Source of the DNA: an uncultured delta proteobacterium | GTDB lineage: Bacteria; Desulfobacterota; Desulfuromonadia; Geobacterales; DSM-12255 | Direction: 5' to 3' | Assembly (NCBI GenBank): GCA_963787125.1 | Contig: CAWBBV010000009.1 | Span: 1-64,000, forward strand | DNA length: 64,000 nt | Part shown: one piece after another, positions 18,631 to 27,721 of the stretch | Position numbering within the stretch: position 1 is the stretch's first letter | How the letters are laid out: each line of letters opens with the position of its first letter | Made by a program: the position numbers and the translations under genes | Notes under the pieces: generated by a model | Told to the model about the DNA's origin: nothing | What the model saw: only the letters and a program-made list of their open reading frames with translations | Databases searched by the model: none

Positions 18631-20025
18631 TCAACAGAACTCCTTCAGCCGCTCCTGCCTGATTAGCAAAAGCTCTGCAAAGGCCGCCCTGAGTATCGGT
18701 TCCTTTAGGTCGGTCAGATTGATGATCTCATCGTTGGGATCGTTGACCTTCCGCTCGGCCAGGGTGTCGAGATAGGCGATCGGGTCGGTAATGTACCCCT
18801 TTGCCACGGCCATGTCGTAGATCTGGGTGCCGGGAAACGGGGTCAGGTACTTAATGGAGATCGGGATGACCTCGCTCTTGCGGCAGAAGTCCATCATTTT
18901 AGCCAGCGACTCCTCGCTCTCTCCCGGCAGACCGACAATCAGATTGGCCGCCACCTTGATACCTGCCTTGACGGTTTCCGCCACGGCGAATTCTATCTCA
19001 GCAACCTTGGTCGCCTTGTTGGCCAGATCGAGCACCTTTTGGTCAACCGACTCCACTCCGTACCAGATGTCGCGGCAGCCGCATTTTTGCATGTACTGCA
19101 GCAGCTCCGGCTTAATCTTCTCCACCCGTGTGGAGCAGGTCCAGGTGAGGCCGTATTTTTTGAGCACGTCACAGATCTTGTAGGTTCTCTCCAGATTGGA
19201 GGTGAAGGTCAGGTCGTTAATGTAGAAATAGCGGACAGTGTGTTTCCCGACAAGGTCAGCCACCTCGCGCTCAAAGCGCTCCGGGCTCTTGTAGGAGAGC
19301 TTGTCCATGTTAAGGAAGCAGAAAGTGCAGCGGCCATAGCAGCCGCGGGAGGTGGTCAGTCCAAGCTCCGGGATCTCCGGGTTCTGCTGCACGCTGGGGA
19401 AGAGGAACAGGTCCGGGATCGGCAGGACATCCAGATCCAGGAGCTGCTTGCGTTTAGGGGTGAAATGAACCGTGCCGTCCAGGAACAGGCCGAGCCCGGA
19501 GATGTGAGTTGCAGTCGCCGGACTGCCGCCCGCCTCGACATGATCCAGCAGTTCCAGCAGCGTAGCCTCACCCTCGCCAAGGATGGTATAGTCGGGCTGC
19601 AGTGCCTTGATTAGCGGCTTCGGCTGCGATGATATCAGCGCGCCGCCGACAATGGCGATGATCCCCGGATTAAGCTCCATGACTCTCTTAAGAATCTTCA
19701 GGTTTACCGGGAAAGAATCGATAAAAGTCGGCATGGCAAGCACGCCGCCCCGCCCGGCCGCATCCCGGCAGGCCTCCTCAAAGTCCTCCCCCATGCGCAG
19801 ATCGCGGATCTTCACCTGCCAACCGGCCAGTTTGGCCATGGTGGCGATGTGGCTGACCCCTTCAGTCGGTGTTTCCAGGAGAAACTCCCGGTTCGGTGTC
19901 GGTACCTGGGGGGAGGTGGGGAGGATCATGGTGAAAGCCGGTCTGGAGTTGGCAGGACGGGGATTGTCAACGAGTTCGGCGATTCTGGTTTCATCTACTG
20001 TTCTGGTCATAATGTTGGGTTCCAT
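18631..20025 (-). CDS. Cobalamin-binding radical SAM protein (RS1)
   Basis: B12-binding domain (IVGG..GEGE), SRGCYGRCTFC, GVES, GLPGE, PFPGT. Confidence 0.9.
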   Translation of the reverse strand: MEPNIMTRTVDETRIAELVDNPRPANSRPAFTMILPTSPQVPTPNREFLLETPTEGVSHIATMAKLAGWQVKIRDLRMGEDFEEACRDAAGRGGVLAMPTFIDSFPVNLKILKRVMELNPGIIAIVGGALISSQPKPLIKALQPDYTILGEGEATLLELLDHVEAGGSPATATHISGLGLFLDGTVHFTPKRKQLLDLDVLPIPDLFLFPSVQQNPEIPELGLTTSRGCYGRCTFCFLNMDKLSYKSPERFEREVADLVGKHTVRYFYINDLTFTSNLERTYKICDVLKKYGLTWTCSTRVEKIKPELLQYMQKCGCRDIWYGVESVDQKVLDLANKATKVAEIEFAVAETVKAGIKVAANLIVGLPGESEESLAKMMDFCRKSEVIPISIKYLTPFPGTQIYDMAVAKGYITDPIAYLDTLAERKVNDPNDEIINLTDLKEPILRAAFAELLLIRQERLKEFC

Positions 20026-20066
20026 TTCCTAGGGGTGAGGCTGTTTTTATTGCAATTTTGATCCGA

Positions 20067-20092
20067 TAAAGTTATATGCAAATATAACTTTA
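20067..20092. promoter_or_regulatory. Probable mazEF autoregulatory operator
   Basis: Perfect 11-bp inverted repeat TAAAGTTATAT-gcaa-ATATAACTTTA just upstream of the antitoxin RBS. Confidence 0.7.
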
Positions 20093-20106
20093 AGAAGAGG
20101 TGGACT

Positions 20107-20364
20107 ATGCACACAACAAACCTGCGTAAAGTAGGCGGTTCGATCATGCTGGCAGTACCACCGGCCATCCTCGATATCCTGCACTTACACGCTGGCGCAA
20201 CGGTTGGTCTGGCCGTCGATCACGGCCGCCTGGTGGTTGAACCAACATTACGTCCGCGATACAGCCTGGACGAACTGCTGGCTCAATGCGACGCATCGGC
20301 CGAGGTCAGTGCAGAAGATCGCGCCTGGCTGGATAGCAAGCCAGTTGGCAGTGAGCTACTGTAA
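20107..20364 (+). CDS. AbrB/MazE (PemI-like) antitoxin
   Basis: LRKVGGSIMLAVPP, YSLDELLAQCD, PVGSELL. Confidence 0.9.
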   Translation: MHTTNLRKVGGSIMLAVPPAILDILHLHAGATVGLAVDHGRLVVEPTLRPRYSLDELLAQCDASAEVSAEDRAWLDSKPVGSELL

Positions 20365-20696
20365 TGGAGCGCGGCGATATTTATCTGGTGTCACTTGATC
20401 CGACTTCAGGCCATGAACAGCAGGGGACACGGCCCGTCCTGGTTGTGTCTCCGTCATCCTTTAACCGTCTGACAAAAACGCCAGTTGTACTGCCAATTAT
20501 CAGCGGAGGCAACTTCGCGCGCACGGCTGGCTTTGCCGTATCGCTACTTGGGGCAGGAACGAAAACAACGGGTGTAATCAGATGTGACCAGCCTCGCGCG
20601 CTCGATCTGGCCTCGCGCAGTGCCCTTAAACTGGAGGGCGTGCCGGTGGCGATCATGGATGAAGTCCTGGCGAAGTTGGCCACTATTTTCGAGTGA
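20364..20696 (+). CDS. PemK/MazF family mRNA interferase
   Basis: RGDIYLVSLDPTSGHEQQGTRPVLVVS, CDQPRALD. Confidence 0.95.
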   Translation: MERGDIYLVSLDPTSGHEQQGTRPVLVVSPSSFNRLTKTPVVLPIISGGNFARTAGFAVSLLGAGTKTTGVIRCDQPRALDLASRSALKLEGVPVAIMDEVLAKLATIFE

Positions 20697-20805
20697 CCGA
20701 TCAACCGCAAAATATGGATACCCTCCAGTTTATTTATTCATCGGCTATGAGTGTGACCGGCGCGGCAAGTTTTCCGTCGCGACTATTTAGCCGATGGTGG
20801 TCATA

Positions 20806-21732
20806 TCAAGCCTTTAACAATTTGAAGCTGATTTGGTAACGGTAAAAGTCAATGTTGGGTACTACGGCCAGAGCTCTGCGGATTCTCTGGTCATCCTCCT
20901 GTGCGATGATAATACCTGAAACTGACTGGCCTGCTTCAGCAAGTTCTTCCTTCACAAATCCCATATAGCGTAATACTTGCCCGACAACCGCATCGCTGGC
21001 ACGCCCCTTTTTTAGCTCCACCACCAACAGCCTGTTTTTGTCTTTACTGATAGCGAGGATGTCCATAGGACCGGTGTCGGTTGGGTATTGCTGGCCAACT
21101 TTTTGTCCCTCATCTTCAAAGATGTCATATTCCCTACCCAACTCAGTTTGCCCCCAGTTCTGAACAAGAAAGTCTTCCAGATGCTTTTCCAACGCAAAAG
21201 CGGCTGGATCTTCGATGGTTTCATCGGTGGATACTAGGGTGGCCGCAGTTACGCCGCCAATTAAAATTTCTATTTCGTCCCGATACTGGGTGATGTTACT
21301 GGTGGCACCGATCGATCCGGTGGAATTTCTGAGTGCGTCACTCATGTTCGATCGGTCGATGAATTGGCTCAACCAACGAACTGGACGTCTATGTGGGAGT
21401 ATGTCCCCTGGCAGATAAAAATAGTCGCCAGTGACTTCTCCGATATGATATCGATTAGACCCGTCTGGGCAAAGAACTAAGTCACCATTCTTAATACCCT
21501 TCGAGATAGTCCATAGTGCTCCACATGAGAGTCCGGCCCCGATCTTTGTTTTTTCCGGATGCACCGAGAGATAAATCGGAATGAATTTTCTGTTGAATGT
21601 CCTCCAATCATCTGAAAGATCGGCTGTCAGATCTTGAGTAATCTGATAATCCACTCCGATGAAGTTCTCAGCGAAACATGTCGCCGCATGAACACTCTGT
21701 CTACCAAGCATAACTCTGGTATAGCTTTTCAA
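20806..21732 (-). CDS. NucS/PD-(D/E)XK endonuclease domain protein with Mrr-like N-terminal domain
   Basis: FALEKHLEDFL, QYPTDTGPMDILA, VVELKKG, VGQVLRYMG. Confidence 0.8.
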   Translation of the reverse strand: MKSYTRVMLGRQSVHAATCFAENFIGVDYQITQDLTADLSDDWRTFNRKFIPIYLSVHPEKTKIGAGLSCGALWTISKGIKNGDLVLCPDGSNRYHIGEVTGDYFYLPGDILPHRRPVRWLSQFIDRSNMSDALRNSTGSIGATSNITQYRDEIEILIGGVTAATLVSTDETIEDPAAFALEKHLEDFLVQNWGQTELGREYDIFEDEGQKVGQQYPTDTGPMDILAISKDKNRLLVVELKKGRASDAVVGQVLRYMGFVKEELAEAGQSVSGIIIAQEDDQRIRRALAVVPNIDFYRYQISFKLLKA

Positions 21733-21805
21733 TCTGTCATCTCCTTACATTGAATTGCAATTGCTACGGATCTACCCAAATGGAAAATTTAGTCCGGAAC
21801 TGTTT

Positions 21806-22127
21806 TCACTCGCTTAACAATCTCATCCTGAAAAGCTTCTTGGCCAGATTGTAGATATCATCTTTGGCTCCATCACGACGGATACCGACGGCAACAATAA
21901 CTACAATGATCTCGTTGTCCCTGATCTGATAAATGATACGGTAACGCTGCTGAGCAGCCCTTATGCTGCGAAACCCGGACAATTCACCGAGCAGTGCCTT
22001 GCCCTGTTTTTCCGGGTCTTCAGTCAGACGGTCAATCACCGCTCCGATTTTCTCCCGGATGCGCCGGTCAGAAATGTCCGACTAAAAGCTTCAAAGCTGT
22101 AGGTGTAAGCAGGACCTGCCACTTCAC
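21806..22127 (-). CDS. RelE/StbE family toxin (+1 frameshift near 22082, probably an error)
   Basis: GTG overlaps the antitoxin stop; GKALLGELSGFRSIR..RYRIIY..VGIR. Confidence 0.85.
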
Positions 22128-22609
22128 AGGCCAAGCTCCTGTTTGGCGTCCTGCCAGGGAACGAGCTTGCCGGAATCCATTTCCCGTATGCTCTGGCGCA
22201 GTTGCGCCGTCAGTTCTTCATCCCCCATCACTTCCAGCGTCTCCGACACCGCTTCGTACAACTCCCACGGCATCACAGCCAGCACCGGCTTGCCACGGCG
22301 AGTGATTTCCAGGACATCAGCCTGGCCTTCGTGGAAAAGAGTTTCAGGCAGGGACGTAAGCTGTTTTCGTGCTTCCATAATTGATAATGTGTGCGGCAAG
22401 GCAATCTCCGTGCTGTCGCTGAAGGAGCGTCCGGCAAAATATCCCTGCCAGTGCTCGGCAATAGTCAGGGGGAGCTCGTCCGGTTGCCGGGAGATCTCCT
22501 CCAGGATGAGCTTCACCTCTCGCTGTAAGGAACGATTGTGACTTTTTGCGCGGCTTTTCAGCCGTTGAATGGTTTCATCTTCCAGGTTGCGGATCAACAG
22601 TTGTGGCAT
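22124..22609 (-). CDS. Fused antitoxin ORF: FitA-like RHH domain plus Phd/YefM domain
   Basis: MPQLLIRNLEDE..LK.RA..NRSLQ.E, then EARKQLT..ITRRGKPVLAVMPWELYE..ETLEV. Confidence 0.8.
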   Translation of the reverse strand: MPQLLIRNLEDETIQRLKSRAKSHNRSLQREVKLILEEISRQPDELPLTIAEHWQGYFAGRSFSDSTEIALPHTLSIMEARKQLTSLPETLFHEGQADVLEITRRGKPVLAVMPWELYEAVSETLEVMGDEELTAQLRQSIREMDSGKLVPWQDAKQELGL

Positions 22610-22628
22610 GGCATGCTCCTGTTATGGC

Positions 22629-22649
22629 GTGATATCAAAATGCTATCAC
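22629..22649. promoter_or_regulatory. Probable RHH antitoxin operator
   Basis: GTGATA-N9-TATCAC 20 nt upstream of the FitA-like start. Confidence 0.55.
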
Positions 22650-22760
22650 TTCTCACGGTGCATCACAAGAGGATTTTAGCCCGGTTTTGTCGCCAGTCTT
22701 CGTTTCGGCGTCCCATGCTGATACGTCAGCGTTTTTCATCGGGTAAGTCAGTGAATAGCG

Positions 22761-22806
22761 CTTCGACTCCGCTCAGCGCACGCCCGTTCCCTGAGCGGAG
22801 TCGAAG
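22761..22806. repeat. REP-like doublet
   Basis: Perfect 16-bp inverted repeat CTTCGACTCCGCTCAG / CTGAGCGGAGTCGAAG. Confidence 0.85.
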
Positions 22807-22811
22807 GGAAC

Positions 22812-24278
22812 TTACTCAGAAGGTTTTCTGGCGATAAATTTCTCTGCTTCTTCCAGATAGAGGTTCGCGCCGTTGGTGTAATCGTAGGGCCGCACCTCGA
22901 TCCGGTAGTTTATATCCCGGTAAATCTGCCGCAGTTCATCTTTGCTTAAATGTTGGCTGAATTTGACAAAACCGGGCTGGTCGATATCCTCCTCCACCGA
23001 CTGCTCCCGTGAGAGCCACTCCAGATGGGCTATTTCATCGGTGATCAGCCCGTCTTGCAGGCACTGTTTGTAGAAGTCCGTGCCAGGCAGGGCGGAGAGG
23101 TATTTAACCCTGGTGACCTCTTTGAATTCGCTGCAAAACTCCATCAACTCCGCCATGCTCTCCCTGTTGTCGTCGGTTGCGCCGACGATGAAGAGGCCGC
23201 CGATCTTGACGCCGACTTTTCTGTGCAGCTCAATGGTGTCGATCATGGAGTTTCTGCTGATACCTTTGCGATAGCCATCAAGCACCGCTTTAGATACCGA
23301 TTCCATCCCGTAGAGGACAATATCCAGTCCCTTCGCTTTCATCAACAGGAGTGTTTCTTCGTCCAGGCCGGTGACCCTGCTGAAGGCGGTCCAGCGGAAG
23401 GGGTGCTTATCAAAGGCACTATTCATCAAGTCGTGGACATACTGGCGGTCGGTGACAAAGGTGAGGTCGTTCCACCAGGCCATGCGAAAGCCGCTGGCGC
23501 TATAGTAGTCAATCTCCTTTTTCACCCGCTCAACGGATTTGTAGTTTAACTGCGGAAACGCCCGGTAGCAGAAAGTGCAGTTGCAGGCGCAGCCACGGGA
23601 ATAGGAGAGATATATTTCCGGGATGTCTTTGCCATGAAAGTGCTCCCAGACGGAGAAGTCCTGAAAAGGGATGACATCCAGATTGGTCAACTGCTGTCTC
23701 GGGGCGTTGGTACGGATTCTGCCGGTCCGGTCATGCCAGAAAAGGCCGGGGATGTCGGCAAAGGGGAGGGCGAACTCATTGCGGGTGAGGGTGTCGAGCA
23801 GCTCGGTCAGGGTCAGTTCCCCTTCACCGGCGACGACAAAATCAGCTTCAGTTGACTCCAGCAGCAGCTGCGGTACTGCGCTCGCCAACGGTCCGCCGAG
23901 AATTATCGGGCGGTAAGGGTCTTCTTCCTTAAGGATCTGGATGATGCGGCGGACGTAGCTGAAGCTGTCCCCCCAGACGCTGATGCCGATGATGTCGAAA
24001 CCGGCAGCCAGACCCTTGATCTGCTCTGGATCGAAGTCGTCGCGCTGGTCGAAAAGGCGAAACGGATAGCCGAGCCCCTTAACCAGCGCAGCCAGGATGG
24101 ACGGTCCTTCAAAGGGGGCGGTGTGGACCCACTCCCAGCCGCGGGGGACGACAAAAACCGAGGGGGGGATTATCAGGCCGAAGCTGGTTGAAAAGGAAGG
24201 TCTCGCTTCATGGGGCAAGGGGAGCGCCGCGACTCTCAGCAAGGTTTCGCGTCTGTTTGCAGTCTCGGTCAGTTGCAT
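22812..24278 (-). CDS. Cobalamin-binding radical SAM protein (RS2)
   Basis: ILGGP..GEGE, SRGCACNCTFC, GMES, LPGT; ATG 24278 overlaps the MT2 stop. Confidence 0.9.
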   Translation of the reverse strand: MQLTETANRRETLLRVAALPLPHEARPSFSTSFGLIIPPSVFVVPRGWEWVHTAPFEGPSILAALVKGLGYPFRLFDQRDDFDPEQIKGLAAGFDIIGISVWGDSFSYVRRIIQILKEEDPYRPIILGGPLASAVPQLLLESTEADFVVAGEGELTLTELLDTLTRNEFALPFADIPGLFWHDRTGRIRTNAPRQQLTNLDVIPFQDFSVWEHFHGKDIPEIYLSYSRGCACNCTFCYRAFPQLNYKSVERVKKEIDYYSASGFRMAWWNDLTFVTDRQYVHDLMNSAFDKHPFRWTAFSRVTGLDEETLLLMKAKGLDIVLYGMESVSKAVLDGYRKGISRNSMIDTIELHRKVGVKIGGLFIVGATDDNRESMAELMEFCSEFKEVTRVKYLSALPGTDFYKQCLQDGLITDEIAHLEWLSREQSVEEDIDQPGFVKFSQHLSKDELRQIYRDINYRIEVRPYDYTNGANLYLEEAEKFIARKPSE

Positions 24279-25015
24279 TTTTTTACCGCGGTAAAGATGA
24301 CCCAGTTCCAGTCTTCCCATACCTCGCCATCGATGACCGCGGAATTGTGAATATTCCGGTATGGCTCCGGCGCTTCGGCAACCATTCGGCATACTTCCGC
24401 CTGTTTCTCCGGGGAAAGCTCCGGAGCAGCAGCCATCCAGCGACTGATATTCTCTCTGACAGCGAGTCTGGCTGTGCTGTTGACAAGAAAGTAGTTGCGC
24501 TCAAGCTCTTCAATCAGGCTCTCTTTGGTGAAAAACTGCCGCATCTGCGCCTGTTTGAAGCGGTGGATATGCTCCAACCAGGCAGCATCATCAGCGGAAA
24601 AAGGGACAGTCTGGCTGAGGATGATGATTCCGTCTTTTTTAAGGACGCGGCTGGCTTCGGCAAGAACTTTCTGGCCGTCATCCAGAAGGAAATATGCCTG
24701 CCGCAGGATAACCACGTCGAAGGAGTTATCCAGATAAGGGATGCTTTCAGCCGGACAACAGATGCAGGGGAAGTGCTGATTCGCCTCCTCTGCCATGCCG
24801 AGGGTGAGATCGATGCCGCAGACGTGCCAGTCGGCCGCTTTGAAATTTCTCCCCACCATGCCGGTGCCGCAGCAGATTTCAAGCAGCGTACCAACAGATT
24901 TCACGGCAGCGGCGGCAGCTATATGGGCCTGAATCAGAGCGTTGTCACTTATCCAGTTGGCTGAAGCGGAGTAGGTTTCGGCGCGCTTGCTGAACTGGTC
25001 GATCACTTTTTTCAT
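24269..25015 (-). CDS. Class I SAM-dependent methyltransferase (MT2), Cys-rich
   Basis: LLEICCGTG, GIDLT, PYLDNSFDVV, RVLKKDG. Confidence 0.9.
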   Translation of the reverse strand: MKKVIDQFSKRAETYSASANWISDNALIQAHIAAAAAVKSVGTLLEICCGTGMVGRNFKAADWHVCGIDLTLGMAEEANQHFPCICCPAESIPYLDNSFDVVILRQAYFLLDDGQKVLAEASRVLKKDGIIILSQTVPFSADDAAWLEHIHRFKQAQMRQFFTKESLIEELERNYFLVNSTARLAVRENISRWMAAAPELSPEKQAEVCRMVAEAPEPYRNIHNSAVIDGEVWEDWNWVIFTAVKKCN

Positions 25016-25199
25016 GCTAAATCCCCTTTAATCTATAAGTGGAGCAAACGAGGGATAATAGCTTCCAATGCAAGTTTTATAAAGCGAATATTTATAACAT
25101 CTGCCCTGTAAACTGAATTCCGTTGTTTTAATTATTCAGGTTATGCTATGTTTTTAAAGTTCATCTGCCATCATAACTGCCAACACGAGCGAGTCATAA

Positions 25200-26111
25200 A
25201 TGATCTTTTCAACCGTCCGGATTTCACTTTTTACCGCCTTGATTGCCATTACTCTTACCGCTTTGACTTCCTGTAAAGATCAGAGCCGCCAGGTTGTCAA
25301 AATCGGTTACATGAACTGCAATAACGAACAGGAGACAAAGCATCGCTTTGTGCCGCTAACCCGCTACCTGTCGGATAAGGTCGGGGTTGAGTTCGTTATG
25401 GTGCCGGTTGATACCCACGATTACGAGAAACGGTTCAATCAGGGCGAGTTCGCCTTCACCCATACCAATTCGCTCATCTACATCGTTCTGAAGGAGCGTA
25501 AAAACCTGAGCCTGGTCGCTTCAGAAAAGCGTGGCAATTTCGGCTCCCGTTCCGGCGGGGCGATTATCGCCCGAAAGGGGAGCGGTATAGAAAAACTGGA
25601 ACAGATCAAGGGGAAGAGGTTTGCCTTCGGACCGATGCTGGCCCCCACCGGTTATCTGGCGGAGTATGATCTGATGCTTCGTTCCGGTATTGATCCGGAA
25701 AAGGATTTTGCTTCCTATACGATCCCTTCAGGGTCATTCAAACACGAGAAGCTGATCTACGGAGTTATGTTCGGTCAGTATGACGTTTCGGCGGCAACCC
25801 TTATGGATCTTGAGGTCATGACCAAGGAAGGGAAGATAACTGCTGACGACTTTACCATCCTTGCCCAGACACCCCTTATTCCATACTGCACGTTCGGGGC
25901 AGCAGCCAATACCGATCCTGCCCTGGTGGAGAAGGTTAAAAAGGCGCTTCTTGAGCTGACTCCTGCTGATACCGCCGACGTTGACGGTGAAAAAGTCAAG
26001 GTGCAGAAAGCTGCCTGGATAGATGGTTACGAAGCGCTGACCGATAAGGATTACGATCCGGTTCGAGAGATGGCAAAGCGGGTCAATATGCCCCCTTACC
26101 AGAAGTTTTAG
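25200..26111 (+). CDS. PhnD-like periplasmic binding lipoprotein
   Basis: Lipobox LTSC; PL..YLS.KVG, IKGKRFAFG, HEK.I..V..GQYD, D.DYD.VRE. Confidence 0.8.
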   Translation: MIFSTVRISLFTALIAITLTALTSCKDQSRQVVKIGYMNCNNEQETKHRFVPLTRYLSDKVGVEFVMVPVDTHDYEKRFNQGEFAFTHTNSLIYIVLKERKNLSLVASEKRGNFGSRSGGAIIARKGSGIEKLEQIKGKRFAFGPMLAPTGYLAEYDLMLRSGIDPEKDFASYTIPSGSFKHEKLIYGVMFGQYDVSAATLMDLEVMTKEGKITADDFTILAQTPLIPYCTFGAAANTDPALVEKVKKALLELTPADTADVDGEKVKVQKAAWIDGYEALTDKDYDPVREMAKRVNMPPYQKF

Positions 26112-26117
26112 GATTTC

Positions 26118-26652
26118 ATGAAGCTTGACCGTTTTGATAAACTGCTTTTCTCCCTCTTTATCGTGACCATTATAGGCCTTGCGGTTCTCGTGGTACGATC
26201 TCTCCCTGATAAAACCATCAGAATAGATGCCCGTAGCATGGAGCGCGAACTGTCTGCCCAGGCCCGCCTGTCCCTGCTTGACAGGATTTTCGCTCCGGTT
26301 ACGGCTGGCGATGCAGGCAGGACAGCTTCAAGAAGCTCTCCTGAAACTGGAAGAGATAAATGTCCGCTATCCTGGCGAGGCGCACGGCTTCATTCTTAAA
26401 GGGGAGATATTCAACCGGCTTGAACTCTTTGACAAGGCGGCTGCAAGCCTTGTTCAAGGGGTGAAACTTAACGGTGACTATATTGATAAAAACAGTCAGG
26501 TGTCACGCCGCGATCTTATCGCAAAACTTGTGGAGATGTCGTTGCCAAAAGCTGTTGTCAGCTACAGGGGCTCTCCAGGGAATTCTGCATTAAAAGAGAA
26601 TCTGGCTAACCTTAACTACCTTAAAAGCCGTCTTGCCGGAGGGTGCGAATAG
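26118..26652 (+). CDS. Membrane-anchored TPR-like protein ending in GGCE (+1 frameshift near 26301)
   Basis: N-terminal transmembrane helix, TPR-like helices, C-terminal LAGGCE. Confidence 0.6.
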
Positions 26653-27721
26653 ATGCGTCTTGACCGCCATCTCCTGACAGTCATCTCTCAGCGGCCTTTT
26701 GCTCGGGTTTTTCGGGGTAATGCTCTCGGTCTGGGGCAATCCGGAGAATTCAGGTATCTGTGTTTCCTGTTTTATCGAGAACAGTGCCGGAGCACTCGGC
26801 CTCCATAACAATCCGCGGCTGCAGTATCTGCGACCCGAGCTGATAGGGTTCGTGCTCGGCGCTTTTGGCAGCGCCCTGGCAAGGCGGGAATTCCGCTCCC
26901 GTGGCGGCAGTGCGCCACTGTTTCGTTTTGCTGCCGGGTTCTTTCTGATTGTCGGTTGTGCGGTGTTTATTGGCTGCCCGATCAAGCTTTTTCTGAGATT
27001 TACGGCAGGTGATCTTACTTCGCTTGCCGGAGTCCTGGGGCTGTTTGTCGGCGTCTGGTGCGGACTGAAAGGTCTTGCCCATGGTGTTGAGTTGGGGCGG
27101 CTCTCTCCGGCAGCTGCTCCCCGGGGGAGTGGTCTGCTGGCACCGGCATTCTTTCTGCTGTTACTTCTTTTTATTTTTATCCCCCCTGTGTTCTTGATCG
27201 TTTCGGAAAAAGGGAGTAGTGCTCAGCATGCGCCACTGCTTATTTCGCTGGCTACCGGCTTGGGGCTAGGTTTTATCGCTCAGCGGAGCCGCTTCTGCAT
27301 TACCGGCAGTATTCGGGATATCCTCCTTATGGGACGCAGGGCTCCGCTCCTCTTTGGGGGGGTAGCGTTTCTTGGCTCTGCCCTTTTCGTGAATCTGGCG
27401 ACCGGTCGCTTCAATCCCGGTTTTGCCGGTCAACCCGGCTCACATCAGGAGTATCTCTGGAGTTTCCTCGGCATGGTTCTCGTCGGCTGGCTCTCTGTCC
27501 TTATCGGCGGCTGCCCGTTCCGGCAACTGGTGAAATCAGGAGAGGGGGACAGTGACGCCGCTCTGGTCGTTGCTGGCATGTTTCTCGGCGGTGCGCTGGT
27601 GCAGGGGTGGAATCTCGCCGCAACATCGGCAGGGGTGCCGCTAGGTGGAAAGATTGCCGTTGTTGCAGGGTTTCTTCTGCTTTTGACAGGGAGTATCTTT
27701 TTGCGCGAGAGGGACTTTTGA
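26653..27721 (+). CDS. YedE/YeeE-family sulfur/selenium transporter (+1 frameshift near 26686)
   Basis: GNPENSGICVSCF, QYLRPE, FIGCP, QRSRFC, GGCPFRQL; ATG directly after the TPR gene stop. Confidence 0.85.

Noticed and set aside
20058..20092. dif-like Xer site
   Set aside because: Arm spacing does not fit 11-6-11; the palindrome fits a MazE operator.
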